NCBI GenBank assembly: GCA_032718475.1
Contig: JAUCBJ010004612.1
Coordinates: 1-64,000, forward strand
DNA: 64,000 nucleotides
DNA from: Nemertoderma westbladi
Lineage: Eukaryota; Animalia; Xenacoelomorpha
Direction of reading: 5' to 3'
Made by a program: the position numbers and the translations under genes. Under the pieces are notes generated by a model. That model made no database searches. It had not been told where the DNA came from and worked only from the letters and a program-made list of their open reading frames with translations. Each line of letters starts with the position of its first letter. Position 1 is the first letter of the stretch. Of this stretch, positions 1-12,566 are shown piece by piece.

Positions 1-3000
1 CCTAAGAGGCGGTGGGGACCTAAGAGGCCACTGAGTACACAGTAATAGAGGCGGTGGGCACCTAAGAGGCCACTGAGTACACAGTAATAGAGGCGGTGGG
101 CACCTAAGAGGGCACTGAGTACACAGTAATAGAGGCGGTGGGGACCTAAGAGGCCACTAAGTACACAGTAATAGAGGCGGTGGGGACCTAAGAGGCCACT
201 GAGTACACAGTAATAGAGGCGGTGGGGACCTAAGAGGCCACTGAGTACACAGTAATAGAGGCGGTGGGGACCTAAGAGGGCACTGAGTACACAGTAATAG
301 AGGCGGTGGGGACCTAAGAGGGCACTGAGTACACAGTAATAGAGGCGGTGGGGACCTAAGAGGGCACTGAGTACACAGTAATAGAGGCGGTGGGGACCTA
401 AGAGGCCACTGAGTACACAGTAATAGAGGCGGTGGGCACCTAAGAGGCCACTGAGTACACAGTAATAGAGGCGGTGGGCACCTAAGAGGCCACTGAGTAC
501 ACAGTAATAGAGGCGGTGGGGACCTAAGAGGGCACTGAGTACACAGTAATAAGGCGGTGGGCACCTAAGAGGCCACTGAGTACACAGTAATAGAGGCGGT
601 GGGGACCTAAGAGGCAGTGGGGACCTAAGAGGCCACTGAGTACACAGTAATAGAGGCGGTGGGCACCTAAGAGGCCACTGAGTACACAGTAATAGAGGCG
701 GTGGGCACCTAAGAGGCCACTGAGTACACAGTAATAGAGGCGGTGGGCACCTAAGAGGCCACTGAGTACACAGTAATAGAGGCGGTGGGCACCTAAGAGG
801 CCACTGAGTACACAGTAATAGAGGCGGTGGGGACCTAAGAGGCGGTGGGGACCAAGAGGGCACTGAGTACACAGTAATAGAGGCGGTGGGGACCTAAGAG
901 GCGGTGGGGACCTAAGAGGGCACTAAGTACACAGTAATAGAGGCGGTGGGCACCTAAGAGGCCACTGAGTACACAGTAATAGAGTCGGTGGGCACCTAAG
1001 AGGGCACTGAGTACACAGTAATAGAGGCGGTGGGCACCTAAGAGGGCACTGAGTACACAGTAATAGAGGCGGTGGGCACCTAAGAGGCCACTGAGTACAC
1101 AGAATAGAGCGGTGGGGACCTAAGAGGCGGTGGGGACCTAAGAGGGCACTGAGTACACAGTAATAGAGGCGGTGGGCACCTAAGAGGGCACTGAGTACAC
1201 AGTAATAGAGGCGGTGGGCACCTAAGAGGCCACTGAGTACACAGTAATAGAGGCGGTGGGGACCTAAGAGGGCACTGAGTACACAGTAATAGAGGCGGTG
1301 GGGACCTAAGAGGCCACTGAGTACACAGTAATAGAGGCGGTGGGCACCTAAGAGGCCACTGAGTACACAGTAATAGAGGCGGTGGGAACCTAAGAGGCCA
1401 CTGAGTACACAGTAATAGAGGCAGTAGGGACCTAAGAGGCCACTGAGTACACAGTAATAGAGGCGGTGGGGACCTAAGAGGCCACTGAGTACACAGTAAT
1501 AGAGGCGGTGGGGACCTAAGAGGCCACTGAGTACACAGTAATAGAGGCGGTGGTGACCTAAGAGGCCACTGAGTACACAGTAATAGAGGCGGTGGGCACC
1601 TAAGAGGCCACTGAGTACACAGTAATAGAGGCGGTGGGGACCTAAGAGGTGGTGGGGACCTAAGAGGCCACTGAGTACACAGTAATAGAGGCGGTGGGCA
1701 CCTAAGAGGCCACTGAGTACACAGTAATAGAGGCGGTGGGGACCTAAGAGGGCACTGAGTACACAGTAATAGAGGCGGTGGGGACCTAAGAGGCCACTGA
1801 GTACACAGTAATAGAGGCGGTGGGCACCTAAGAGGGCACTGAGTACACAGCAATAGAGGCGGTGGGGACCTAAGAGGCGGTGGGGACCTAAGAGGCCACT
1901 GAGTACACAGTAATAGAGGCGGTGGGCACCTAAGAGGGCACTGAGTACACAGTAATAGAGGCGGTGGGGACCTAAGAGGCCACTGAGTACACAGTAATAG
2001 AGGCGGTGGGGACCTAAGAGGCCACTGAGTACACAGTAATAGAGGCGGTGGGGACCTAAGAGGCGGTGGGGACCTAAGAGGCCACTGAGTACACAGTAAT
2101 AGAGGCGGTGGGCACCTAAGAGGCCACTGAGTACACAGTAATAGAGGCGGTGGGGACCTAAGAGGCCACTGAGTACACAGTAATAGAGGCGGTGGGGACC
2201 TAAGAGGCGGTGGGGACCTAAGAGGCCACTGAGTACACAGTAATAGAGGCGGTGGGGACCTAAGAGGCGGTGGGGACCTAAGAGGCCACTGAGTACACAG
2301 TAATAGAGGCGGTGGGCACCTAAGAGGGCACTGAGTACACAGTAATAGAGGCGGTGGGGACCTAAGAGGCCACTAAGTACACAGTAATAGAGGCGGTGGG
2401 GACCTAAGAGGCCACTGAGTACACAGTAATAGAGGCGGTGGGGACCTAAGAGGCCACTGAGTACACAGTAATAGAGGCGGTGGGGACCTAAGAGGGCACT
2501 GAGTACACAGTAATAGAGGCGGTGGGGACCTAAGAGGGCACTGAGTACACAGTAATAGAGGCGGTGGGGACCTAAGAGGGCACTGAGTACACAGTAATAG
2601 AGGCGGTGGGGACCTAAGAGGCCACTGAGTACACAGTAATAGAGGCGGTGGGCACCTAAGAGGCCACTGAGTACACAGTAATAGAGGCGGTGGGCACCTA
2701 AGAGGCCACTGAGTACACAGCAATAGAGGCGGTGGGGACCTAAGAGGGCACTGAGTACACAGTAATAGAGGCGGTGGGCACCTAAGAGGGCACTGAGTAC
2801 ACAGTAATAGAGGCGGTGGGGACCTAAGAGGCAGTGGGGACCTAAGAGGGCACTAAGTACACAGTAATAGAGGCGGTGGGCACCTAAGAGGCCACTGAGT
2901 ACACAGTAATAGAGGCGGTGGGCACCTAAGAGGCCACTGAGTACACAGTAATAGAGGCGGTGGGCACCTAAGAGGCCACTGAGTACACAGTAATAGAGGC

Positions 3001-3900
3001 GGTGGGCACCTAAGAGGCCACTGAGTACACAGTAATAGAGGCGGTGGGGACCTAAGAGGCGGTGGGGACCTAAGAGGGCACTGAGTACACAGTAATAGAG
3101 GCGGTGGGGACCTAAGAGGCGGTGGGGACCTAAGAGGGCACTAAGTACACAGTAATAGAGGCGGTGGGCACCTAAGAGGCCACTGAGTACACAGTAATAG
3201 AGTCGGTGGGCACCTAAGAGGGCACTGAGTACACAGTAATAGAGGCGGTGGTGACCTAAGAGGCCACTGAGTACACAGTAATAGAGGCGGTGGGGACCTA
3301 AGAGGCGGTGGGGACCTAAGAGGGCACTAAGTACACAGTAATAGAGGCGGTGGGCACCTAAGAGGCCACTGAGTACACAGTAATAGAGGCGGTGGGCACC
3401 TAAGAGGCCACTGAGTACACAGTAATAGAGGCGGTGGGCCCCTAAGAGGCCACTGAGTACACAGTAATAGAGGCGGTGGGCACCTAAGAGGCCACTGAGT
3501 ACACAGTAATAGAGGCGGTGGGGACCTAAGAGGCGGTGGGGACCTAAGAGGGCACTGAGTACACAGTAATAGAGGCGGTGGGGACCTAAGAGGCGGTGGG
3601 GACCTAAGAGGGCACTAAGTACACAGTAATAGAGGCGGTGGGCACCTAAGAGGCCACTGAGTACACAGTAATAGAGTCGGTGGGCACCTAAGAGGGCACT
3701 GAGTACACAGTAATAGAGGCGGTGGGCACCTAAGAGGGCACTGAGTACACAGTAATAGAGGCGGTGGGCACCTAAGAGGCCACTGAGTACACAGTAATAG
3801 AGGCGGTGGGGACCTAAGAGGCGGTGGGGACCTAAGAGGGCACTGAGTACACAGTAATAGAGGCGGTGGGCACCTTAGAGGGCACTGAGTACACAGTAAT
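1..3900. repeat. 42-bp tandem satellite/minisatellite with interspersed 18-bp short units
   Basis: Unit CCTAAGAGG(C/G)CACTGAGTACACAGTAATAGAGGCGGTGGG(G/C)A repeated head-to-tail (e.g. 19-60, 61-102). Occasional 18-bp CCTAAGAGGCGGTGGGGA units. Runs off the left edge and ends abruptly at the TG of an LTR at 3901. Confidence 0.98.
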
Positions 3901-4335
3901 TGAAATGACGGAACTGCGTTTAGAGCCGGGTGAGCGAGAAAAGTCGGCCTGTCATACATTCGCCGCAATATAGTTGAGAAAATCGGAAAGTATAATAATG
4001 AAGTTACTTATGTTACATTTAATGGTTACTTGTTACAGTGTTACGAGTTACATATGTGTCTCCAGATGCAGGTAGGTCTAAACAATAATATTACATTACA
4101 TACGATGAAGACATGAATACCTAGACCTAGGCCTAATGAACTATAACTAACAAAGAACAGAATGCAGAATGAGTTTATACCAGAAGTACATAATGACACA
4201 CACAGATAGGTATATATACCAAACATAAAGGTGGCTAATTTCTATTGGCTAATAATATATTCAGTTTGTGAAATGACCGGTAGGTGGAATAACATATAGC
4301 ACAATAAGTTAAGGTAAACGAGACCGGCTGTAACA
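3901..4335 (-). repeat. 3' LTR of BEL element 1 (435 bp)
   Basis: TGAAATGACG...GCTGTAACA; direct repeat of 12203-12566 apart from indels. Preceded on the minus strand by a purine-rich AGGGCCGG tract just after the pol stop. Confidence 0.93.
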
Positions 4336-4365
4336 AAGCCGGCCCTAACTACGATGTAAGAGGAG

Positions 4366-7300
4366 TTACACATTTCTTTCATTGTTAGCCTCTTCTAAGA
4401 GGCACACTTTTACAGCGGGTCGAGTATAGTCTTTTCCATTTACACGGACCTTAACGGAACGGACAACTCCGTCAGACCCGGGAAAGGTTTCCAAAACTTT
4501 GCCAAGAGGCCAATGTCCCCTGGGAGAGTTCGAGAATACAACAAGAACTATGTCCCCAGGACATAAGTTTCTGCGATCTCTTAACCAAATTTTACGTTCA
4601 ATTTGAGATGGAACATATTCAGTCATCCATCGCTTCCAGAAGTTGTTTATTAAAGCTTGAGTAGACAACCAACGTTTCTTACTGCCAATGTCAGAATCAT
4701 CGACAAAAGCAGGGGCTACATTGGGATTACCACGACCAAGTACGATGTGGTTCGGTGTTATTGCTTCTGGTTCATGAGGATCTATGCTAATATGCGTGAG
4801 TGGACGACTATTCATTAAATGTTCGACCTCAACGATAACTGTTTCGAGAACCTCATCTGTTACACGCTGGTTACCAAGAATCACTTTTAAAGCTTTCTTT
4901 GCGGATCTAACCAGACGTTCCCAAACACCACCAAAATGTGGTGCAGCAGGGGGATTAAAATGCCATGTAATTCCCTTCTGAGCTAGAGTATTTTTGATAG
5001 AAGACTGATCAAGAACTTCAAGGCACTCTCGGAGTTCCTTTTCACCACTAGTGAAATTGCTGCCATTATCACTATAAACAATAGCGGGGGTACCTCGACG
5101 GGCAAATACTCTACGAAAGCCCATAAGAAAACTGTCTGTATCCATGGAATGGACAATCTCTAAATGGACTGCCCTTGTTACAAGGCAAGTTACGAGAAGA
5201 CAATAACGTTTCTCTGTTCGTCTAAGATGACGGACATAAAGTGGACCGAAATAGTCTATACCCATGTTTCGGAATGGAAATGTCATAGGAGACAATCGCG
5301 GCCGGGGTAAAGCAGCCATAAGAGGAGCAACAGGCCGAGCTCGACGTTTCTTACAAAATGTACAACGAAATAAAAGCTTACGAATCAAAGATCTTGCTTT
5401 AGGAACCCAGTAGGTTTGTCTTAAATTATTTAAGGTATGATCTTCTCCTTCGTGAAAAACTATCTTGTGAGTATTTAGAATAACAAGATCAGTAAACCTA
5501 CAATTGTTAGGGAGAATAATAGGGTGACATACAGAATTAGGGAGGTCAGACTTCGAAATACGGCCACCAACTCTGAGTAAACCATCTTCATCCAACTCGG
5601 GAAGCAATGTCAACAAAGAGCTATCTTTTCCAACGGGGTTCCCATTGGATAAATTGGCAATCTCATTGGAGTAAAAGGAATTTTGTACAGACTTGATCAT
5701 ATAATTTAATGAATACCTGAGTTCTGAAACACTCAGAGTAGAATGCTGATGAACCTTGTTTCGACAGTTTTGGACAAACCTAAATACCCAAGCAAGGACA
5801 CGTTGGGCTCTAGATAAGGATGACAACTTTGATACAAATTCGAAAGTAAAGGATTCAGCAACATGGACAGCATATACCGCCTTGACTTCAGGATCACCTT
5901 CAACTGGGTTATCAGGGATTGCTAAACTGGCTGGCCACTGATTTTCAGGGGATCTTAGATAATCTGGACCTTGAAACCAAGGATGGTCAGAGTGGAGTTC
6001 AGACAAGAGAAGACCTCGACTACAATGATCAGCAGGATTAAGAATTCCAGGGACATGGCGCCACTGGTCACGATCTGACACATCGAGGATTTCTCCAACA
6101 CGATTGGCTACAAACTCATTATATTTGCACCTGCGAGAAAGTATCCATTGAAGAGCGGTAGTGGAATCACACCAATATATAAATTTATCAACATGGATTC
6201 TAAGTTCGGTTGTAATTAACTTAGACAGCCTCACTGCTAATAATGCACCTTGCAGCTCAAGGCGTGGAACCGACAAAGCCTTGACTGGGGCGACACGAGA
6301 CTTCGACATAACAAAGGCTACCTTAATATCACTGGTAGAATAACTACCCCTAAGGTAAGCCACAGCACCAAAGCCAACAGTAGAGGCATCACCAAAAACA
6401 TGTAACTGAGTGTTCTGGAGTTGTGGCGATCTGGGAAAATAACAACGAGGTATGTGAACCTTTTCAAGAAGATGGAGCTCAGATAACCAATGCTCCCATC
6501 GAACTACCAGATCATCAGGAAGTGGATCATCCCATGCCAGACGTCTCCTCCACATCTCTTGCATTAGGACCTTAACAATAAGCAAGAATGGTGTCAAGAA
6601 TCCTAAAGGATCAAATAATGACGATGATTGTCTTAGAACATTTCTCATGGTATGACTAAGGTCGATGATCTTAGTGTAGAAGACAAAACAGTCAGTTGAA
6701 CAGTTCCACTTGACACCTAAAGCACGTTCAACAGGGAGTTCATCAACATCTAAATCAAGTAAGGGATCTGCTCGATCCCCCTTTGGTATCACTGAAAGAA
6801 CTTCATAGGAAGAAGATATCCATTGGCCCAGATGGAACCCACCCTTGGATAAGAGCTCTACCATGCCCTTGACAAGGGTGATGGCTTCCTCAGTGGTGTC
6901 GCAAGAATCAAAATAATTATCTGCATAGAAACAGATTTCGACTTTAGAGGCCGGTAAAGGAAATTCTAAACAGAAATCTCGTGCTGTACGAATAAGTGCA
7001 AAGAAGCAGGATGATGATGAAGATATAGCCCCAAATATTTCTCGTACCATACGATACACCCCAGGAGGCTTAGCATGGCTTGGACCACCCCAAAGAAATC
7101 TCAAGGCATCCTGGTCTTTGCGTTTGACAGCAACTTGGTGGTACATGGCAGTGATATCTCCAGATATTGCAATCGATCTTTCTCTAAATCTAAGTAAAAC
7201 ACCCACAAGACTGGCAAGATAATCAGGTCCTTTAAGCAGGCAGTCGTTTAGAGAAACACCATGCTCCTTAGCCGAAGCATTGAAAACGATGCGTACCTTA

Positions 7301-8130
7301 TCAGGTTTGTTCGGATTTAATACTGGGTGATGAGGGAGATACCATGTTCTACCAGGTGGATCAGGTTCATCAATGTCAACCTTTACGGCAAAACCTTTAT
7401 CTATGTATCCTTGAAAGGTTTCATGGTAACGTTTATGTAAAATTGGATTACGATTAAGACGTTTTTCAGTAGCCTGAAGGCACCTAATAGCTGTTCGTTT
7501 ATTATTGGGCAATTGGATGGTAGGGGATCTCCAAAGTAAACTGGTTTCATATCGTTCACCTGTATGGCGTGTGTTAGACTCAAGCATATCACGAGCAGTA
7601 GCTTCCTCATGATTTATAGGCAAAGATTTACAAGGATTAACACCGAATGAATCAGTATTCCAGAATCGTGTGAGTAAAGTCTCTAAAGAACAGTCAATGT
7701 CTGCACAAGCATCAGCACCTGGACGGGAGTCTAAATAACGGACATGCATGATATGCTGGCATTCATCATCAGAAAGGGGATGAAGAGGTACGGTAGAAGT
7801 ACAAGTCCACCCAAAATTAGTCAAAACTGCCGAAGGGGAGCCAGAAGGGCCAGGACGATAATCGAGTTGACGAATTAAATCAAAGACATCAGCACCCAAC
7901 AGGACGCCTACTTTATTTGAATCTACAGCTGCAAGATCTAGATCAGATAAATGACTCCAGGAAGATTTAATCTTGGGCCAATCAAAACGCTGATTTGCGA
8001 TATTTAACTTGGATAAAACCCAAGTCCGTGGGACAGGAAATACAGACTCACTATTTACAGGTAGAACATCAATGGAGCTTAATAAGGACTTTACAGTTTC
8101 TCCATCTGAATTAATAGTGCCGATTCTCAA
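4366..8130 (-). CDS. pol: BEL/Pao pol (end of protease, RT, RNase H, integrase), 1254-aa open frame
   Basis: WYLPHHPV, KVRIVFNAS, GDITAMYHQV, FYADN (RT), LHVFGDAS and PRLELQGA (Pao RNase H), integrase HHCC, GIDYFGP, YSDNGSNF, GGVWERLVRS. Out of frame with gag-PR at about 8135, probably through a small deletion. Confidence 0.95.
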   Translation of the reverse strand: MRIGTINSDGETVKSLLSSIDVLPVNSESVFPVPRTWVLSKLNIANQRFDWPKIKSSWSHLSDLDLAAVDSNKVGVLLGADVFDLIRQLDYRPGPSGSPSAVLTNFGWTCTSTVPLHPLSDDECQHIMHVRYLDSRPGADACADIDCSLETLLTRFWNTDSFGVNPCKSLPINHEEATARDMLESNTRHTGERYETSLLWRSPTIQLPNNKRTAIRCLQATEKRLNRNPILHKRYHETFQGYIDKGFAVKVDIDEPDPPGRTWYLPHHPVLNPNKPDKVRIVFNASAKEHGVSLNDCLLKGPDYLASLVGVLLRFRERSIAISGDITAMYHQVAVKRKDQDALRFLWGGPSHAKPPGVYRMVREIFGAISSSSSCFFALIRTARDFCLEFPLPASKVEICFYADNYFDSCDTTEEAITLVKGMVELLSKGGFHLGQWISSSYEVLSVIPKGDRADPLLDLDVDELPVERALGVKWNCSTDCFVFYTKIIDLSHTMRNVLRQSSSLFDPLGFLTPFLLIVKVLMQEMWRRRLAWDDPLPDDLVVRWEHWLSELHLLEKVHIPRCYFPRSPQLQNTQLHVFGDASTVGFGAVAYLRGSYSTSDIKVAFVMSKSRVAPVKALSVPRLELQGALLAVRLSKLITTELRIHVDKFIYWCDSTTALQWILSRRCKYNEFVANRVGEILDVSDRDQWRHVPGILNPADHCSRGLLLSELHSDHPWFQGPDYLRSPENQWPASLAIPDNPVEGDPEVKAVYAVHVAESFTFEFVSKLSSLSRAQRVLAWVFRFVQNCRNKVHQHSTLSVSELRYSLNYMIKSVQNSFYSNEIANLSNGNPVGKDSSLLTLLPELDEDGLLRVGGRISKSDLPNSVCHPIILPNNCRFTDLVILNTHKIVFHEGEDHTLNNLRQTYWVPKARSLIRKLLFRCTFCKKRRARPVAPLMAALPRPRLSPMTFPFRNMGIDYFGPLYVRHLRRTEKRYCLLVTCLVTRAVHLEIVHSMDTDSFLMGFRRVFARRGTPAIVYSDNGSNFTSGEKELRECLEVLDQSSIKNTLAQKGITWHFNPPAAPHFGGVWERLVRSAKKALKVILGNQRVTDEVLETVIVEVEHLMNSRPLTHISIDPHEPEAITPNHIVLGRGNPNVAPAFVDDSDIGSKKRWLSTQALINNFWKRWMTEYVPSQIERKIWLRDRRNLCPGDIVLVVFSNSPRGHWPLGKVLETFPGSDGVVRSVKVRVNGKDYTRPAVKVCLLEEANNERNV

Positions 8131-9705
8131 TGGCTTTTGCTCACCCTAGATCTTCACAAACTGCAGAGATCTGGCTACAGGGGTCTAACAAAGCAAAAGT
8201 TTCAACAGTTTTACCTGCAGAACGTACCCGCAGTGGTACAATCTCTAAAGCTACAGTGCTAGGGGATGTTCTCAATGAGGTAGTTCCTATGTGTTGTTTA
8301 TTTTGGGAAGAAGATTTAGCACCAAAAACCTTAGGTGCTCCATGTAATAAAACGTGATGGCGTTTTTTACAACCATCGAAATTACATGGGTCTACGATTT
8401 TACAATTTGCAGCGCGGTGCTTTGCTTTGAGACATACAAAACACATGGATTTGTCTCGGGCTAACTCAATGCGGTCAGCTAGGCTTAATGATTTAAAATT
8501 GTTACAATTTTCAAGAAAATGGGACTGGCCGCAACAATGACAGTGTTCAGCCACAGAAGCAGTAGCCGACATACCTTTAGTAAGTGGGCTCGAGTCGGAA
8601 CTAGACGATTTCTGATACTTATTTGACTGTGTTTCAGAAAAATTAACTTTATTGCTGGCAGTAGCCATGATAGTAGGTGTAAAAACAGTTGGAGCACTGG
8701 ATTTAGGCCTGTTAAATTGCGGTTTATTTTGAAATGATTTGTTATTGGACAAGCCTTGGTTACCGGCATAACTATTACTACTGGCCCGTAATGTACTTTC
8801 TACCACACGAGCACTTTGCAGCCTCTCAGTGATCCAACTGTCTAGCACCTTTAAGGTTGGGCGCCGAGGTTTTATAAGAATAACCCGTTTGACCCATTCA
8901 TTTTGCAAATAATTGGGAAGTTTTTGAACTAAATCCCTTACATTATTAGCTGATGTAATATCGGCAGTGTATCCACATTTCTCCAGGGCTGATACCGAAC
9001 CATGAAGTTTTAAGGAAAATGACTTTAAAGAATTCATATCATTAGCCTTAACAAACGGAATTTTTCGTAGCTGCTCTATGTATGCCACAGCTATTAAGTC
9101 ACAGTCGCCATAAATACGGCGTAATTCTTGTAATGTTTCCCGATATAAATCAGGGTCGTTAATAGTAGAAGCTACACTCTCTCTGATATCAGGTGTCAAA
9201 TGATTTCTAAGAATTGCTAAACGAATAGAATCAGATGAAACCTGAGTGTGAACGAGGGCATGAAAAGAGGCAATAAAACCATGCCACTTCAAGGGAGAAC
9301 CATCAAATGGTTCAATTTTTAGGTTGGCTAAATGTTGGAAACCTATGGGTCCTTGGTATGGAAAGTTATTAAAACAATTATTAGTAAAAGAATTGTTAAC
9401 TCCTCTGTTATTTAAATCGTCAATCCAAACATCTGCAGAGGATTGAGGATTTCGTGAGTTAGAATTATAAATTTCGGATGTACCAGTATAGACTGGTACA
9501 TCTACAGCCGGCCCGTTAAATAACCCACCTACCTGGGATGCAACCCTACACGCACTAACATTAGGCCCAGGGGGTCTATCACACACACCCATGGCCAACC
9601 CTCCAATAGAATTACACTGAGGTGTTGACGCATTAACAATGGTACACGTAGTGTGACAGTTTGGTACAAAAACGGGACAACTTGTAGCCCAAGTGGTGGG
9701 CTTAA

Positions 9706-10421
9706 GGGGGGGGGGTACACCATTTTAGGACAACTCTTCGATTTATCACTCTCAGCGTTTCAAAATTGTTTGGTTTTGGCTAAAATTTGGCATATAGGTG
9801 CCTAAGATACTATTCTACATGACAGGTCAGAAAAAAAAATTTTTCCGCTATTTAATATTAGTTAATACTAGTTAACAATAAAAAAAACTTGGTTGCGCTT
9901 AAAACCCTAAGGCTTTTACAGTTTTGATTCTAATCACATGAAAGTTTTTTTATATGATAGATCAAAGAAGGGGCAACATAACTATCAGGCGAAATTTTGT
10001 TAAAATAATTCTGCACCGCTAGGTGGCGCTGCAAATTTATGCTAATTTTTAGGTTTTTTATAAATAGTATTAAATTTTATTAACAAAAAATTCCGAAAAG
10101 TTGCCTGATACTTTTATGCACGGTGCCTACCTAGACACCCACAGGAAGTTTCAGACTAATTACTTAAAAATTGTAGAAGAAGTAGGGTTTTGAAGGTGAC
10201 AATTTCATAAAAAAATTATTTGGAGATAATCGACCTTTCATTATACATAGTAATAGTAATTTCAATAGGATTCCCTAAATGGAAATTTACATAACTTGAA
10301 AACTAAAAGAGCTATTAAATAGCGGTTTTCAGATTTGGAAACACCATTCAATGGTGCATTATAATAGACCATAAAAAAAATTTCGACATATTTTGGACCA
10401 AAATGGTGTACCCCCCCCCCC
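9706..10421. mobile_element. Non-autonomous DNA transposon (MITE), Kolobok-like
   Basis: TIR G(10-11)TACACCATTTT at both ends and TTAA TSD at 9702-9705 and 10422-10425. RR...YY termini with a TTAA target fit Kolobok rather than piggyBac. No coding capacity. Confidence 0.85.
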
Positions 10422-10769
10422 TTAATAACAGAATGTGTACCATAAGAGGATGGGCGAGAATAATTAATTGCACAATTACTATTTACTGGTAAACAACCTA
10501 TACGATTCTGTAGATCCTGACTGGAGACACATTCACTATTATACACATGATTATCATAAGGACTATTATAATGAGAATTATTAGCACCAGAAAAATAATT
10601 ATTAACAGGGGTATATGGATTGTTAACATTGTTATTGCACACATGTAAATCTGGAAAAGGCTGACTGAGAATGGACATAGGATCCGTCGAGCTAGGAACA
10701 AACAGACGTTGCTTAGAAAACGGAACGGATTCTCCTATAGCTGGTGTAGAGACACTGCTAGTAGCAACG

Positions 10770-11130
10770 CCACCAACTGGGTGAGGAACGCAACCAACGA
10801 GAATAGGAACGCCATCAGTTGGTATAGGTACGCCACCAGTTGGTATAGGAACGCCACCAGCTGGTGTTAGAACGGCACCAGCTGATATAGGAATGCTACC
10901 AGCTGATATATGAACGCCACTGGCTGGTATTTGAACGCCACCAGCCAATGTAGGAACGCCACTGGCTGGTATTTGAACGCCACCAGCCAATGCAGGAACG
11001 CCACTGGCTGGTATTGGAACGCCACCAGCCAATGTAGGAACGCCACTGGCTGGTACTTGAACGCCACCAGCCAATGTAGGAACGCCACTGGCTGGTATTT
11101 GAACGCCACCAGCCAATGTAGGAACGCCAC
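10770..11130 (-). repeat. Coding tandem repeat (21/42 bp) in gag: GVPTLAGGVQIPAS
   Basis: About five near-perfect 42-bp units plus degenerate 21-bp units, all in the gag frame. Confidence 0.9.
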
Positions 11131-12182
11131 AATCGAAATCTAAAAGTCTCTGTTCGAGATCCATCTGTCCCTCCTGGACAGCTCTTTTCTTTTCCAGGTT
11201 GACAGAAAGGCGAGAACGTTCCACACTGTTATACAATGAACGGAGTTGTAGAGACTCTTTAAGTTCTTCATTCTGTCTTTGCTGTTCTCGTTTCTTTGCT
11301 CGTAGATCTCTATCGCGCCGAAACTGAGCTAATTGTAGTTCACGTTCCTGTAGCAGGTCCTCCTGTTGAGCCGCCAATGACAACTTAGAAGCATTACTGT
11401 TAGCAGGTTTCGATAAACGAGAAGGAACTCGACTGGTAGTCACAGAGGAAGGTTCTCCATGACGAGAATTTAAATAGAATTCTACAGACTCCACGCACCG
11501 CTGGTGTGCATCTTTCAGCGATGATAACCATCGGTCAGCTGCGATGTCGGCGTCTACATCATCTGCAATGCAGTTGACGTAAGATTTGTGGGCTGCGAAA
11601 CATTCGACAGCCCGTTCTTCCAACTCGTATAGGAGTGACCTAAGCGCGGACCGGCTTCCTTTACTATGTACAAGTTCGGTAATTCGGTTGAACAACTTAG
11701 TAAAAGCGCATTTCCGAGCTGCTCGATTTCTTTTAGCGACAATGGGATCAACTAGTTGGGGTTCCTCGTCGTCTTCGTCATCCTCAACTAAACCCGGACC
11801 CTCCACAATGCCACCAGAAGAAATTCCACCGGCTCCAATAACGCCACGCGTCTCGATTATCGTATTGTCTGCTTCGGGTAGCGCACCACCCGCACCTCCC
11901 GTACCGGTACCCAAGGACCTATACGATGCTGTAGAACCGTGACCACCACCCGAGACACTACCGGTGTCATCGAAGACCATGGCGTTGGCAGTATCCACGC
12001 CAACGGCACCAGTCACAGGGGTAGTCATCACGCAAATAACAACAGTAAATCAGGATAGGTTAGGTTTAATGTAGGTAGTCGATAGCTACTGGACTGGGAT
12101 TACGGTCTAACGGAAGCTGTTGATGCTGACTGGATACCGGTACCGGGATAGCAGACAAAGACGTATTAAACTAGAACTTACC

Positions 12183-12202
12183 GTTCCCGGGTCACCGCAC
12201 CA
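12183..12202 (-). promoter_or_regulatory. Primer-binding site of BEL element 1
   Basis: Minus strand reads TGGTGCGGTGACCCGGGAAC directly after the LTR terminal CA. TGG is complementary to tRNA CCA; resembles His/Gly-type tRNA 3' ends, exact tRNA not assignable. Confidence 0.8.
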
Positions 12203-12566
12203 TGAAATGACGGAACTGCGTTTAGAGCCGGGTGAGCGAGAAAAGTCGGCCTGTCATACATTCGCCGCAATATAGTTGAGAAAATCGGAAAGTATAATAA
12301 TGAAGTTACTTATGTTACATTTAATGGTTACTTGTTACAGTGTTACGAGTTACATATGTGTCTCCAGATGCAGGTAGGTAGAATGAGTTTATACAACAGA
12401 AGTACATAATGACACACACAGATAGGTATATATACCAAACATAAAGGTGGCTTATTTCTATTGGCTAATAATATATTCAGTTTGTGAAATGACCGGTAGG
12501 TGGAATAACATATAGCACAATAAGATATAGCACAATAAGTTAAGGTAAACGAGACCGGCTGTAACA
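12203..12566 (-). repeat. 5' LTR of BEL element 1 (364 bp)
   Basis: Direct repeat of 3901-4335, lacking about 88 bp and carrying a 15-bp duplication ATATAGCACAATAAG. Confidence 0.93.

Larger units (their letters stand above)
8141..12031 (-). pseudogene. gag: BEL/Pao gag-protease of element 1, interrupted by a TTAA MITE
   Basis: ORFs 10262-12031 and 8141-9598 join in frame (HSVIK-PTTWATSC...LAMGVCD) once 9706-10421 and one TTAA are removed. Contains the FDGSPLKW capsid-like region (DUF1759-type), three Cys/His knuckles and protease FALLDPCS. Confidence 0.9.
3901..12566 (-). mobile_element. BEL/Pao LTR retrotransposon 1 (near full length)
   Basis: Two TG...CA LTRs, TGG-type PBS next to the 5' LTR, and gag-PR-RT-RNaseH-IN order with Pao-type motifs. 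Confidence 0.95.

Noticed and set aside
1-3900. CRISPR-like array, or Pro/Cys-rich protein genes (ORFs 157-564, 1080-1853, 2373-2723)
   Set aside because: No unique spacers and no cas genes. The ORFs arise because the 42-bp and 18-bp units are multiples of three and lack stops in that frame.
1-3900. CCTAA in each unit as an arthropod telomeric TTAGG repeat
   Set aside because: Only one pentamer per unit and never tandem; not enough to call telomeric.
8125-8150. Programmed gag-pol frameshift in element 1
   Set aside because: The break falls inside the protease with residues apparently missing and no slippery heptamer. BEL elements usually have one ORF, so a deletion is more likely.
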